Assembly (NCBI GenBank): GCA_951406725.2 | Contig: OX597820.1 | Location: 106,702,001 to 106,766,000 of the forward strand | Reading direction: 5' to 3' | Source: Octopus vulgaris | Lineage: Eukaryota | Length of the DNA: 64,000 nt | In this document: positions 25,601 to 39,596 of the stretch, piece by piece | Layout: each line of letters begins with the position of its first letter | Numbering within the stretch: position 1 is the first letter of the stretch | Translations under genes and position numbers: made by a program | Notes under the pieces: model-generated | What the model was told of the DNA's origin: nothing | What the model saw: the letters and a program-made list of their open reading frames with translations, nothing else | Databases searched by the model: none

Positions 25601-28454
25601 ATGAAGAAGATAACCCTAGAAGGGTCATTAACATGTATACCCACCCCTTTGACACTCAATTCTTCAACATATGTGACAAATCTTACAACATGAGCCAGAT
25701 TTATCCGACAACATTACCCTTTAACAAAAGGGTCTGCATCTCAAGACATACTAATGACCATATGGAAGCACAGTTCACTATAGCTAGGACCAAACTTAGA
25801 CAGATTTTAGGATTATACACTAAGAGACAGAGACAGAATAAGACAGAGGCCCAACAACTCGGGATTAAACCTGCATGTGGCCTACATAAGCTCATTCAGC
25901 GCACGAAGAACAGAGAGGTGGTATGCCTTCCCACAGATAAGTCCGGCAGGATGTCAATAGACAGCTTACCGAACTACATCCAGGCAATGCAACCTCATAT
26001 TGCCAATACAAAAGTAACAACTTTACAGGCGCATGAGGAGAGAGAAAAGGTCCTCAACGCCCATATGATGATGTGGACAATTGTTCTGGGACCCCAGAAA
26101 TGCACAGCAAACAATTTCCAAGCCTGGAACAACGATTATCCTGGCACTGTATGGACTTCGCAAGGACCATAAAGTAACCACTGTCCCTATAGCAGGACCA
26201 CCAACAAGACCAGTCTGTGGAGCAAATATCGCTAGCAACTAGAGAATCTCCTACTTCCTCTCAATGATCATACGCCCTATAATCCAGATGTCACCTGATG
26301 TTTGTGACAGCACGGAAGATCTCCTCAGCAGGATCAATGACTGTAACAACACTTGCAACCTAACAGGATGTATGGTGAGTAGCATGGATGTGGTATCCCT
26401 ATACCCATCAATCAACGCGGATTTTGCAGTGGAGAAGTGCATGGAGATGATCAAAGAGAGCGAGGTGGAGTTCCGCAATGTCAACACAGAGGAACTGGGC
26501 CTCCTACTTAGACTGACATATGACAACGAATACCTAGATAAACATGATCTTAGTAGTTTCTGATCCAATAGACGTTTAAGAGGTAGACCACCCACAATTA
26601 CTTCTATGGCCAGGAAGACCCATATAGAGAGATGGAGCGGATGGACCAGAGCCATACGGACCCCCGCAAATGTCCATCAGGTAAAGAAAATGATCGCACA
26701 TGCACTAGGAACTAGTATAAGAGTTACCCTAAAAGGCCACACATTAAAGTTTAACAATAAAATATATGCCCAGGACGAGGAGGCAGCCATTGGCGTTAGT
26801 ATCGCCGGTGATGTGGCCAACCTTTTCATGGTATGATGGGACAGAAGGCTTAAGGAATGCCTAACACAGAACTCCATACTCGTGAATGTACTCTCGCTAT
26901 GTTGATGATATCAACATAGTGGTAAAGGCACCCCCACAAGAGAGTACTGTTGATATAGTAATAGAAACTAATACTATGGAGAGCATCCAGCAAATAGCTA
27001 ACTCCATCCACCAGAGTATTTAGGTCACAATAGACTACCCTACTAAACACCCTAACCATAGACTACAAGTACTAGACACAGAACTCTGGCTAGAAACTGA
27101 GAATAATAAAACCCGAATCCTTCATTCGTACTATGCCAAACCTATGGCCTCCAAATACTTGATCCACCGGAACTCAGCTATCGCGAACAATGCCAAATTC
27201 AATATTTTGATGGCAGACCTCATCAGAATAATGCGAAATGTGTCCCGCATGTGCGAGCCTACAGAGTTAAAGAGACACATACAACATTTCATTCACCACA
27301 TGCAGTTCTCAGGTTACAGCCATAAACAAAGGATAAGAGTATACAAAGGAGCCATGAAGAAATTTGATACTATCTTATGTAATGATAGGAATGGGGTTTG
27401 CCCACTCTATAGGAGCAAGTCATGGAACACTATTGAAAGGACAAAGAAGAAAATAGGGAAGGCCAACTCTTGGTATGATAGCCACAAATACCAGAGTGTC
27501 ATGTTTGTCAACACCACCCCTAGAGGTGAACTGGTGTACTGCTTTAGAAGGGCCCTAGACAAACTTAAGCTAAGGATTAAGGTTGTTGAAAGGCCAGGCA
27601 ACCCTATTAAATCCATAATCGGTAGAACCTACCCTTTTAGTAGAACCCCCTGTATGGATAGGAAGTGTACTGTGTGTAGATTTAGCCCACAAACAAACTG
27701 TAAAGCCAGAAATGTAGTCTATAGTATAAGATATATAGAGGGACGATGCAGTAACAAGACAACATACGTAGGGGAAATGGCACAGAGCATAGGAGAGCGG
27801 GTAAATGACCATTGGTGAGAACTTAAGGAAGGAATGAGCTCATCGGTTCTGTACCAACATGCCGAGCAGGAACACGGGGGCTCAATCAACAACATAGAAG
27901 TTAAAATCTTGTCCACACACTCAACAGATACAACAATCAGACAAATTACGGAAGCTACACACATAATAGAAGATAAACCTAGCCTGAATAGGAAACAGGA
28001 ATGGAACACTAGCACACACCACAACATATGACAGAAGAGGATCCCCATAAACTGGTTACAATATAAACAAAACTGAAAACATAATAAAATAAAATACACA
28101 GATGAATAAACAAATGGAAGTAAATAACTATATACATTTTTTAAAAATTATTATTATTACTATTATTATTATTATACCTACATACCTACAATCATACGTA
28201 CATACATACATACATAATAATAATAATAAATGGGTGTAAACACATGAACAAAATAAGAATAAACAAAAACAAAAACAAATTACATGAACCATATAAACAG
28301 GAGATAAAAATATTACAGGCATTCCCCCCCCCACTCACTAAACATAGACACACATAGAGATATATGCATGCGCAAATGAAGACACATACAATAGAAATAC
28401 AAAATGGCTGACGGTTAGTAAGGAGAGGCACAAATAAGAAAGAAGAAAGCAAAG

Positions 28455-28498
28455 GACCACTGATGCGGTCACAGGAGTGTGATGAAAGAACTCTGGCC
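28455..28498 (+). ncRNA. Minimal hammerhead-like motif in pLTR (variant core)
   Basis: CCA-CUGAUG-CG-GUCACA(GGAG)UGUGAU-GAAAG-AA-CUC-UGG. Second copy at 52142-52185. Confidence 0.45.
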
Positions 28499-29112
28499 AA
28501 CAAAAGGGATAAAGGGATCTAAATTAAAAACTTCCATCAAAATTTCATGTTAATTTATTTTAGAAACACCAGCTTAATAATGACCTTACTAAATTATTCA
28601 TTTAATAGAAACAAAGGCAGTGTATTTCAACAAAGGGATCTAAGTTTTTAAGACTTGGCTACTGCTTCTTGTAGGTCAAGTACCATGTCAAGACTTACAC
28701 ATTAGGTTACTCATATTACTCTATGTCTCTCCTTTCACTTATGGATTGTCATCATGCAACAATACAAATTTCATCCTATCCACTTGCCAGCCAGAGCACT
28801 AAACTTTCTTATGCTTTCTCTCTCTCTCTCTCCCTCTTCTTTTCCACCAATCCTCTAGAAGTCAACAAAAGCCAAATTTAACTACCTACAGACTGATAAC
28901 AGAACAGGCAAATTACCATTGTGTAACAACAGATCAAGGAAGTTATATCTTACATTGTAATGATGAAAATAAAGGGCAATTTCAACCAATTGATAATATT
29001 TTCCCCCTCAGTGCATACAATCATTACATATATATATTTCATCCTCCTCTTCATCATTATATGATGCCCATTTTCTGCGTTGGAAAAGATATATATGTGT
29101 GTGTGTGTGTGT

Positions 29113-29150
<38 letters not shown>

Positions 29151-29599
29151 ATATGTGTGTGTAAATCATTCACCCACTACCATGGGTGAATATATAGGTA
29201 AGGTCAAATTTTAGTCACTAGCAAGCATTTCTAGGCTTCATCATTAATTCAGTTCTTGACCAAATTGAATGCATTTTTTAGCAATGATGGTCCAGTCGTA
29301 AGCTACATTTGGAGATAAAATAATTGAAATTTGGTTCATCAGAGAAAAAGTTAGATCAAAATATGTAAGGTCAAAAATGGAAGAGTTCCTTTGAATCAAA
29401 ATATCTCAATTATTTTAAAAGAAAATTATAAATTAATTAGGTTTAAAAGTATGTGCTCATTAAGAAGAATCTTTTGATGAAATCTTTGTTAAAAAATATT
29501 CACTAGGAAAGAAGTAGTGTGACATTAAGTGATGAAAAAAATGGTAAGTAATTCCAAAAACTGAATCAAAATAATAGTAAAAGACAACTCCACAATAGC

Positions 29600-30180
29600 T
29601 GTGTTCAAATGAAAGAGCTCTCTGTCTATTTTCCAACTTTTCTAACTTTCTAGGCACCAGGCGAATCCACACTATGGCTTATCACTCTATGTCTAATGCA
29701 ATGATAGAGCATTTCCATCACCAATTGAAAGCAGCTCTTCAAGCTTATTCCAATTCAGACTGTTGGTTTTACCTGTTATTTTATTAGATCTTCAGTTCGC
29801 TGTTAAGGACAGCCTGAGATATCCACCAGCAGAACTACTTTACAGTTCTCCTCTTAGTTTGCCTGATCAAATGGTTTGAGCTACAGCTTCAGCCAATCAA
29901 CATTTTGATCCAGCAGATTATGTCCATCAATTGCGTAGATACATGATGGAGTTACCCCCATTGACAATGAGACCACAATTGATCAAGTCTTTTGTTTCAT
30001 CAGATGTCCATATATGGATGCATGTATTTATATGCAATGACACAATTAAACATCCATTGCAAACATTGTATACTGGCCCATATCACATATTGGAAGTAAA
30101 ACCTAAGTTCATGGTGTTGGGCATTCACAAGAAACATCAGTTCATAGAAGCAGGCTTTTATTGATGCATCTCTCTGTCAA
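29600..30180 (+). mobile_element. Ty3/Gypsy LTR-retrotransposon integrase C-terminal remnant
   Basis: FLGT.RIHTMAYHSMSNAMIEHFHHQLKAAL; PAELLY..PL.LP; HVFICND.IKHPLQ.LYTGPYHILE (GPY/F motif). Confidence 0.8.
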
Positions 30181-31439
30181 CAACATCCTACTTTTTTTCC
30201 TACCACATCCTCACTTCTTATGCATATACGACACATCATCAACTACCAATACACTATCAGTACACCTACTTCTGACAAAATGATATGAAGTGGCAGAAAG
30301 GTTCATTGAGTGACAAAATATACTCACATTTATTAATTTTAGTTAACTTTAAGAAGGTAAAAAAAAAAGACAGGGAAAAGACAAACATTTTCAATAACAT
30401 TAACTGTTGAACTTAACATCCAATATGGACTCTGCTGTGAACTTTTTTCCATGGACAATTGTCTTTTATTTGTTAAATGCACATTTTGTATTTTTATATG
30501 TTCATGTTATTTTTTCTCATTGTACCTGAATATTTTTCTTCTTTATTATTGCCTCCTTGTTTTCCTCACATGTCCGCAGGAGGGTTGGCAGAGCACTGGA
30601 TTCAATTCCATGTTTTGCCACATAGAAATCACAATTGATTCATGTTCAAAGTCAAGATTTTATCAAATGAACAGCTGTTGTTCACACGGATAGTTTGGTG
30701 GTCTAAGTACAACTTTCTATGAGTGAGGCCTACAAGTACAAGTGATCAAGAAGATACACCACAGCACCTGAATATGTATTTGATACTTAAAAAATAAGCC
30801 CAAATGTTGAGTTTCTAACAAAGATTTTTTTGTATATGTCACATTACGCTGTTTCATCTGAATGTTTCCAATAAGTGTATTGCATAAATACTTTTCCTGT
30901 TAATGTAACAAATTATTTTCTAATACATAAAGAAGCCTTCCATGTTACATACCAGTTCTCTACTTTAGTTTTCTTTTCTGGTCAATTTATATAAACTGTA
31001 TGTGAATGCAGTTTATTTCATTTGAAACTATTGCCTAAGATAATAACACATTATCTTTCTTTTTGAAATTCTTTAATTCTTAAAATAGTTTTAAAAAATT
31101 AATAGCAGCCCCAGTGTGGAAACAATCCACAGAAATAAAATCATTCTTATAACATGTAGAAACTGGAAAACCCATAGAAGATCCACACATTCAAATATTG
31201 CAACTTCAATGCATGCTGTGATAAAGAAACAATATTAAATGATGAGCCCCAGTTTATATATTAGATTTGTGCCAATCCACAGCCTTGGTAATTCTGACAG
31301 AACAACCAGTCACTTGCCTTTCTTGTATCCTTATCTTTTAATATACATGCCCTTAAATTATATTATTACCCCATGTAACTGCAAAAATCTGGAGGTTTAT
31401 TTATAAAATAGAAGAAAAAGCTTGTGATGAATAAAACTA

Positions 31440-31900
31440 ATATAATAAACTTCCAGATGTTTAGAGGCTGAGTGTTGTGCAGTGGCCCTTCTCTGGATCT
31501 GGTCCAGGATATCAGTGTGAATAGCAGCAATACCCTGTTGTGAGCCTCGCTTGAACCTTTTAGAATGTTAGCAGTTGTTAGGGGATGAAATATTTCTTTG
31601 TTCTAAAGATAAGGGCTAGTCTTTGAAATGCTGTCCTAGATATGTTAAAAATGTGCTTTCTCCAGGTGAGATCCTTGGTGATAGTGAAGCAATGTGTATG
31701 GATAAGAGATGGGTAAAGAATTGACAGGAGATCTAAGTGGAAGGTTCCAATGAAAAAGAAAGACCAGGCAAGATATGAGTGGAAATGATAAAACTTAATC
31801 CCATGATGCTGAATCTCACAAAAGAAATAATAAAGGAACACGGTAAGTGGTGGGATGCTGTGTTTTATCATGCACGTTTGAAAAAATGGATGTAAAGTGA
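31440..31900 (-). mobile_element. CR1/Jockey-group LINE RT C-terminal remnant
   Basis: ITKDLTWRKHIFNISRTAFQRLALIFRTKKYF. Confidence 0.6.
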
Positions 31901-32119
31901 TGTATGTATGTATTTATATGTATAAACATGCACATATGTATATATGTATGCATGCATGTATCTGTTTATGTATGTATGTATGTACTTATAAATGTATGTC
32001 TATATCCTATGCATATTTAACTGAAAACGGATGGCAGAATCAGTAGAACATTAGAGAAAATTCCTTGTGGCATTTAGTCACTTCCCATGTGTAATGGGAA
32101 GTGACTAAATGGGAAGTGA

Positions 32120-33660
32120 CATCATCAACATCATCATCCTCATTTAACATCTGATTTCCATGCTGGTATAGGTTGGACAGTTCAACAGAAGCTGGTCAGA
32201 CTCCAATTGACTGTTGCAGCATGGTTTCTACAGCTGGATGCCCTTCTTAACACCAACCACTTTACAATGTGTGCTGGGTGCATTTATGCAGCACCAGTAT
32301 GAGTGCATTTTATGTGACACCAGCATCTTCTGTAAAAGACAAGCTTGTATGGATGGACAACACCAATTTTACTTAGCTTGACATGTCTTATCAAGTACAG
32401 TAAGTCGCCACATCTCCCAGTTCCTTGTCATTTCCTGAGTGAAGCCCAGCATCTGAAGAGCCTTTCTCACCACTTCATCCTATGTCTTCCTGGAACTACC
32501 CCATCTCTCCACAATTACAGCTCAGCACGTCTTTATGCAGCTGTTCTCATCCATACACATCACATGACCAAACAAGTGCAGTCTCCTATCTTGCATACAT
32601 CTGATGCCTCTTATACCCAGTTTTCCTCTTAAATCATTTCCACTGTTGTGGATGCACACTGACACTACCCATCTAGCGGAGCATGCTAGCTTAATTTCTT
32701 TCAAGCCTTTGCAAGTCCTCTGTAGTCAAAGCCCATGTTTCACTGCCATGTAACATAGCTATATAGACACAGGCATCATACAATCTACCCTTCACTATCA
32801 GGGAGAGGCCCTTTGTTACCAACAAAGGCAGAAGCTCTCTGAACTCTGCCCAGCCTGTTTTTATTCTAGCAACTGCACTTCCAGAACTTCCCCCACTGCT
32901 AACTTGGTCACCTAGGTAACAAAAGCTATCAACTGCTTCTAATGATCTCTCTGAGCATTTGAGGAAGTCTATTGTCTGTGCATTTTTAGTGCTTATTGTA
33001 CCTGCACATTTGTCCGTTAACTTTCCTGTGATGCCACTACACTTATGTGTCCAAACCTTGCACTGGGTACAATGTATGGCATTTCTACCAACACACTTCT
33101 TACATATCAAGCAGGGCCATCTCCCAGTAGGGACTTGTGATTTGTTTGTTTTCTTACTTACTAGGACTTTATTTAGATTCCAGGCCTTGCTTCCACACCT
33201 GGAATTTCTTATCTAGGTCAGGCAATGATTCAACTATAAGAACAAAGTCATCAGCGTAGAGGAGCTCCCAGGCACAGCCTGTCTAGAATTCTTCTGTTAA
33301 GGTCTGGAGGACTGAGATAAACAAGAAGGGGCCAAGAATTGATCTTTTATGAACACCTACCTGTACACTGAATTCATTGCTATACTCATTGCCAACCTTC
33401 ACCTTACTGGCAGTATCCCTGTACATGACTTGTACAGCTCTCACTAACCACTCATCTATCCCTAGCTTCCACATTGATCACTAGTTAAGGGAGTAAAGGA
33501 TCCTGTCAAAGGCTTTCTCCATGTTGACAAAAGTCAAGTACAGAAGTTTATCTCTGGCTAAATATTTCTGCAATTGTCTCAACAGGAAGATAGCATCAGT
33601 GGTGCTTCTGTCTGGTACAAATTCAAACTGCATCTCATCTACACTAACTCCCTTCCTAAG
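32120..33660 (-). mobile_element. RTE LINE, RT domain to 3' tail
   Basis: KAFDR, VGVHKRSILGPFLF, WELLYADD, Cys-rich insert CKKCVGRNAIHCTQCKVWTH, FCYLGD, MLHGSETW. Confidence 0.9.
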
Positions 33661-33896
33661 TCATTATGTTCTGAAATAAAGATCCTATCTAGATGACTTC
33701 ATCTTTCCTCCTTTCAAATTTAATAAAATAATAACCAGACAAAGTACTGGGGCCAATGTAATGTAGGGCAGAGACTGAGCAGGGCTTCAGTCCAATGACT
33801 GAGATGAGTAAAAGAATAAAGTAACAGTAACAAATGTAAATTGTTAACATTATAATTTTACGATGTCTTTAAAGAGATCAATGATTTTATTTAGTA

Positions 33897-36839
33897 CTAG
33901 CAGTATCGCCCGGCATTGCTTGGGTTTGCTTTAGAATTGGAGTTTTTGAAAAAATTTGCATTATGTAGCTTGTTATTCTCTTTAAGTGAACATTTTTCTG
34001 GTTGAAATACACTGTAAAATGGCGACACAGCAGTAAAAAAAATCGTAAAAAATAGGGATTTTCATAGAAGAAAGCACCTTATTGATGTAAATAATTTTTA
34101 GTCTTAACATGGTCTGATTTGAATTTTATCTTCTAAGGAATGAAGAGCAAGCCTTCTTCTATCATACTCTCAATTTTGGTCAACTTGCGTTGCAGGGTCT
34201 CGGAGGAGATAGTGTTAGTTGAAGCCTACCAAACCTGCCACACACAGACAACTTCAGCTTTATATATCTAGATTAAGAGCACTTCCCATTCGATTTTTGA
34301 GGCAATTCGGTCTGCAAAATAATTCTCTCATTTTGAGCTATTTTTTGACACCATTTTCAACTGAGAACTCCTTAAAAAGGCACACTCAAAACTGCTAGAA
34401 TTTGCATATTTCAAGCTAGAGAATTCAAACTTGCTCCAATCAATTCAGGAAATTTTTCTACATATATGCTCATATTTTGTTTTTCGAAAAACTCAAAAAT
34501 TGAACGTGTTTTCGCCCCATTTTTCCATTACATTCACGCAAACATGCACACAGTCACGCATAGAATCCAACATGTTGCGTGAACACAACTCAAGGCAATA
34601 GTGTATGACATCCACTCACTCACAGAAAATGCATTGTTTCGGGCCTTTGTTATCGAGATAGAGACTTGAAACCTACTCTGGCCGTAACTACACCATGCCT
34701 TCTATAGGTGTGTCTAGTGCCATTGAATCCTTACCAAAACCAAAGTGTGCAAGTTCTTTTCCTCTTTTATATAGGTAGACAAGAAGAGAGACCACTCAGT
34801 GGATCCCTTATATGCTAAAAATAATAATTTCTACTCTTATTATCTTTTATCATGCTTTGCTATCTTTTATACAATCAGGTTTGGTGAAATTATTCTTAAA
34901 ATTATTAATTGCTTTTTTAACTACTTTTTTGATTTCTTTATGTCCCATTGAATTAATAGCCAACTCTCGCACTCGTATGCACACACACACACTCACGCAC
35001 GCACATATGCATGCACACGCACATATTATTTCGCAACAGATAAGTAATTTGATATTTATGTACAGTCATTACTTGTAAATGTAATCATTGAAACTACTGA
35101 GTTGTTCCCCTTACAACGTATCTATTTCCGAATGCTGAAATATCTTAAAATATCACTCTTTCTGCCATAGCAACCACATCTTTATAGCTTGCGAATTTTA
35201 ACCATCACAGGTCGCATCCTCACCACACATTTAGTATCCCTACCAATTTTCAGCTCGATCCTAGCACATCTAGTGCCACTGAATCCATACCAAAGCCAAA
35301 GTGTGCAAGTTTTTTTCCTCTTTTATTAGGTAGACTAGCTTAAGGTAACCCACTCTACGCACGGGTGAGGTTGTGGTTGTTACTTTCTGTTTCTTATCGG
35401 CACATTCTCTTGTTTCTCTCTCCTTTCTCACTTTCCCAATCTCTCACTCTTCTTTTCTTTCAGACGCTCCCTCGCTTTCTCTTACTTTTTATCTTTAACT
35501 ATCTCCCTCCCATTTATAAATAATTAGATTTCCACGTTTAAATTGCAAATCTGCTTCCACTTTACCATGTTTAAAATTTGATTGAAATCAGGCAAAAGGT
35601 TTCCAATCTAAATCCCCAAGTGTCCCCCAAAATTAATAAAATCCCAGTTTTCACACCAAAGCAACCACTGTAGTGCCCCAAAACGTCTCGCAATCAATTT
35701 CCCTCCTCAAGTTACGCCCTCCTGTAAATTTTAATCTCCTTCCAGCCTCATTTAGACCCCTTTCTACATAAAAATCCAATTTGTATCAACATTCGCCTTC
35801 TTCATTTTATAGATTAGACAAATATACCGGGCCTTGCTCAGGATTAAAATAGTTTATTATCATTTTACTTGTTTCGGCATTATAACCCGATTTCACTCGG
35901 GTGTACACGGGCCACATTTTAAAAGATGAGGAATTTTGCCCTACAGGCGATGCCTTTCAATTGAGCAAACTTAATGTTGCCATGCAAACTTGCTAGCACT
36001 TTTAACATAGGTGTGCATATTTTCAGCTGAAGCCGATCACATATGCACACATTATATATATATACATATGCATTAAATATGTATATATATACGCATTATA
36101 TATAGTCTACATATATATATATATATCTACACACATATATACAAATATATACACTTTATATATATTATATACACATAATATATATATATGTGTATACACA
36201 TCATATATATATTTATATACACACATATATATATATAAATTAACACAATATATATGATTAATAATATTTGTTATGATTGTGCGATGGTGGTGGGCGATAA
36301 TATGTCAGCGTTCTAAAAGACAGAAATATTTAAACTGTTGCTACTGTCACGCTTTCTCTCTATAGATAGAGGCAGAAGTACAGTGAGAAAGGCAGTGGGA
36401 GAAAGAGTGACAGAGAGAGACGGCGAAGCTGTCAAATAAGAGAAAGAGAGAAATGACAAACACTTGTCAAAATGTGGGATTTTTTTGCCCTAGTAACCAC
36501 AGCTTTTGAGATAGGGATTTCTAACCTAGCCCAGTCATATCCTCGCCTCTTTCTACATGTCCCGGTAAATTTTGGAATGAATCCAACCGGATCTAGTGGC
36601 ACTGAATCCTTACCAAAGCCAAAATGTGCAAGTTTTTTTCCTGTTTTATATATGTAGACTAGCAGTATAGCCCGGCACTGCTTGGGTTTGTTTTCTTTTT
36701 GACCCTTTAGAATTGGAATTTTTGAAAAGTAAAAATTTTGCATTATGTAGCTTGTTATTCTCTTTAAGTGAACATTTCGATTGAATCCTTACCAAAGCCA
36801 AAGTGTGCAAGTTTTTTTCCTCTTTTATATAGGTAGATT
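33897..36839 (-). mobile_element. Head-to-tail array of short non-autonomous Helitron-like units
   Basis: Repeated plus-strand junctions TTTTATATA(G/T)GTAGA|CTAG...CCCGG..GCTTGGG, i.e. minus-strand 5'-TC starts and hairpin-CTAG 3' ends, at ~33897, 34270, 34779, 35334, 35812, 36658, 36837. Confidence 0.7.
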
Positions 36840-38183
36840 ATTATATATTCTGATAATCATTATTATCATCATGTAAAATCCATTAATAGGTTGGATGCTT
36901 TAACAGGATCTGATGAATCAGGACTGTTGTGAACTCCAATATCTGTTTTAGCATGGCCTCTACAGCTGGATACCCTTCCTAATGCCAACCATTTTACTGA
37001 ATGTACTGGATGTTTTTTTGTTTTTTTTGTGGCACTGGCACTAGTGAGTAACTCACAAGACCTTTTGACTGAGTGGGTGGGTGCAGTGAGTAGAGAGGGC
37101 AGTGGTTAAAGTATAACAGAGGTGCAGGAACAGGTCCCTTTTCTCTGCAGCAAGTTACATGTTTATCCCAGCTAGAAAAATGTTCAATAAATTGTTAACT
37201 ATGAGTATTGGTTGAAAGGATGATAGCACATTTCATTACAATTTCTTTTTACACATTCTTTATTATTAAATAAACACAACATTGATAAAACATGGAAAAT
37301 ACAAAGAACACACAATGAAAAAAAAGATATGTAATTATCAACATATAACCAAGCTTATTATAATGGAAATATTCAGCTGATTACAGTGTGGTGGTTGTTT
37401 TAAAAGTCATTTATCAGATGGTTGAAATCTATCTACAACATACAGAATGACATTATGGATTGGTTCTCATAAATTAAGTGCCAAAATTTGCTTCACAAAA
37501 AATTTTTGAAAAGTGATAAAGTTGAGGTTAATATGAATCTATTAGCCTCAACTTTAGAATAAGATGGATGAAACTAACTCTTGAATAATATTTTAATTTT
37601 TGGCACAAATCAATGAGGCAACAAGCCAATTACATTGACTCACATTAGTTGAATGATAGTCAAAGACTTCAGTTGGATTTGGCTGTAAAGAGCTAGAAGA
37701 AATGCTGCTAAGAATTTTGTCCAAAGTGCTAAGAATTCTGTTAGCTCACCCCACATTAAATCACAGTATCATGATATTCAGTATTGCATTTATGAAACAA
37801 TTGTTGTGTAGTTGTGGACAGCCCAGGCCAAACAGCTCGAACTGAATGTCATTTATGGATGTCAAGAAATACACACTTTATTGAAAATTAAAACATTAAA
37901 ATATTGTTGTAATCAATATTTCAAACAGACAATGACCATATATGGTCTGAAATTAAAACAAAACTACATCTACAGCATTTTCCCCCTGGACAAGACACAC
38001 AACATGCCAGCTGAGCCAACAATGTTCATGTCTAACTGGTGTGTTGACTGGCTGGTTAATAACAGAACAAAAATTCTGTTGTAAAAATACGTTCTTCGGA
38101 AACATGAAAATATCCACATTATAAAAAAGAAACTCCAAATGCTCAAGTAATGTCCGATATTTCTTTGAAAGAGTTATTCAATC

Positions 38184-38408
38184 CTTTTGATACTATAAAA
38201 AGAAAGATAGCAGGGTAGCACGATTCGTAGGAGAGGTTAGAAAGTTAAAGGAGGAGGAGGACAATGAAACATTGTAGTTAAGTTAAAAGAACAAGACAAG
38301 AGAAGGTGAAAAAAATAAAAAAGTGTGAAAGAGTTTCATCCTCCTCCTCTAACTTCCTAACCTCTCCTACTAACCGAGTTACTCTGTTATCCTTCTTTCT
38401 ATACTATA
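38184..38408. mobile_element. Fold-back MITE-like element with long imperfect inverted arms
   Basis: GTAGGAGAGGTTAGAAAGTTAAAGGAGGAGG...GAAAC pairs with GTTTCATCCTCCTCCTCTAACTTCCTAACCTCTCCTAC. Confidence 0.6.
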
Positions 38409-38436
38409 ACCATGTTGCCTAAGGTACGCCAGCACA

Positions 38437-38828
38437 TTATCCTTTTGATACTAAACCATCTGAGACCAGCCTTGGTTCTATCATACAAATTACTGTTTTA
38501 AAGCAATCCAAATTGAACTTTCTTCCATCAAAATTTGATGTTAATTAACATTCCAAATACAAGCTTAATAATGACAAAGTTACTTTACTAAATTCTTCAA
38601 TGTTTTCAAAATGAATTAAAATAAAGGCAGTGGATTTCAACAGAAATATGGTGATGGTAAGAAAAAAGTTAAATATGGAAAATTTTAAGTATTTATAAAA
38701 TATGTAATAAAATGATAATAATATAAACAAGTTACTTTTTATTTCTTTTTAATGTCAGACCACTTAATAGGTCACTTGTATCATTGAACCAAGAACTGTC
38801 TCAGGCAAGTTAGTATCAAAAGGGTTAA
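38437..38828. mobile_element. piggyBac-like MITE
   Basis: Ends TTATCCTTTTGATACTAA and TTAGTATCAAAAGGGTTAA (CCC/GGG termini, TTAA-like target site). Related fragment at ~28510-28640. Confidence 0.55.
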
Positions 38829-39524
38829 ACTTTGAAAAAAATTTTAATATTAAAGAATAGTTGTCACAATATTTTGAAAATAAGAAAATAACACTGTTCT
38901 GTCATTTTAATTAAACAGTTTGGAGCTAATAAGAGAAATGTCCATTGTGAGATATAAGGTCTGGATATAAATTTTCTTGTTTTTTTTTCAATGTTCTAGT
39001 AAAATAAAAATTAACATAAAAGAAAATTAATGGTTAATTTTTAAAAAAATGTTCATCATAGGTTAATCATAAAAATAAAGTAATTTTGCTTTTTTCTTGT
39101 CCTCTCAAATTTGAAACATTGCTTGGAAGTTCTAAAAAGCATCATAGAAACTATGAACATTGATAGAAAAATTATTTTAAGTATAAAATTGAGAAAAGAA
39201 AACATTTTTAGCAATTATTTTCTTTTATAATTTTGTTTTATTTTTTCAATGAAAATAGTATTTAACAAATACTGTTTTTTAACTGACATTTGCATGAAAT
39301 GAAAATAGGCAAAAATTGCATAACTAAATACTTTACATTATATGACAATAACAAATAAAACAAACAAACATAAAGAAATAATACTAGGATGATTGAAATG
39401 TTATCACAAATAAAGACCTTTTTGGGAATAATGGAATGCTTACTGTACAGAGCTTAAGACTAATTCCTTAGTTGAGTGGAATTAGGTAACTAAGCCGTCT
39501 GATCTGAAACAAAAATTTATGTGC

Positions 39525-39596
<72 letters not shown>

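Larger units (their letters stand above)
24870..28500 (+). mobile_element. Long decayed Penelope-like retroelement (RT + Zn-finger linker + GIY-YIG + pLTR); possibly Naiad-type
   Basis: PTDKSGR, LYGLRKDHK, PPTRPVCGA, SMDVVSLYPSI, AIGVSIAGDVANLFM, RYVDDI, LQVLDTELW, CMDRKCTVC, NVVYSI..YVGE..S..ER..DH. Several stops and frameshifts. 3' pLTR at 28180-28500. Confidence 0.88.

Noticed and set aside
24931-26172. 413-aa ORF with poly-L/V/S/G tracts as a novel membrane protein
   Set aside because: The tracts are stop-free trinucleotide microsatellites fused to the N-terminal part of a Penelope RT ORF.
26834-27818. In-frame TGA codons at 26834 and 27816 as selenocysteine
   Set aside because: The contexts fit TGG-to-TGA (VWWD) and CGA-to-TGA decay. 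The copy also has TAG stops and frameshifts.
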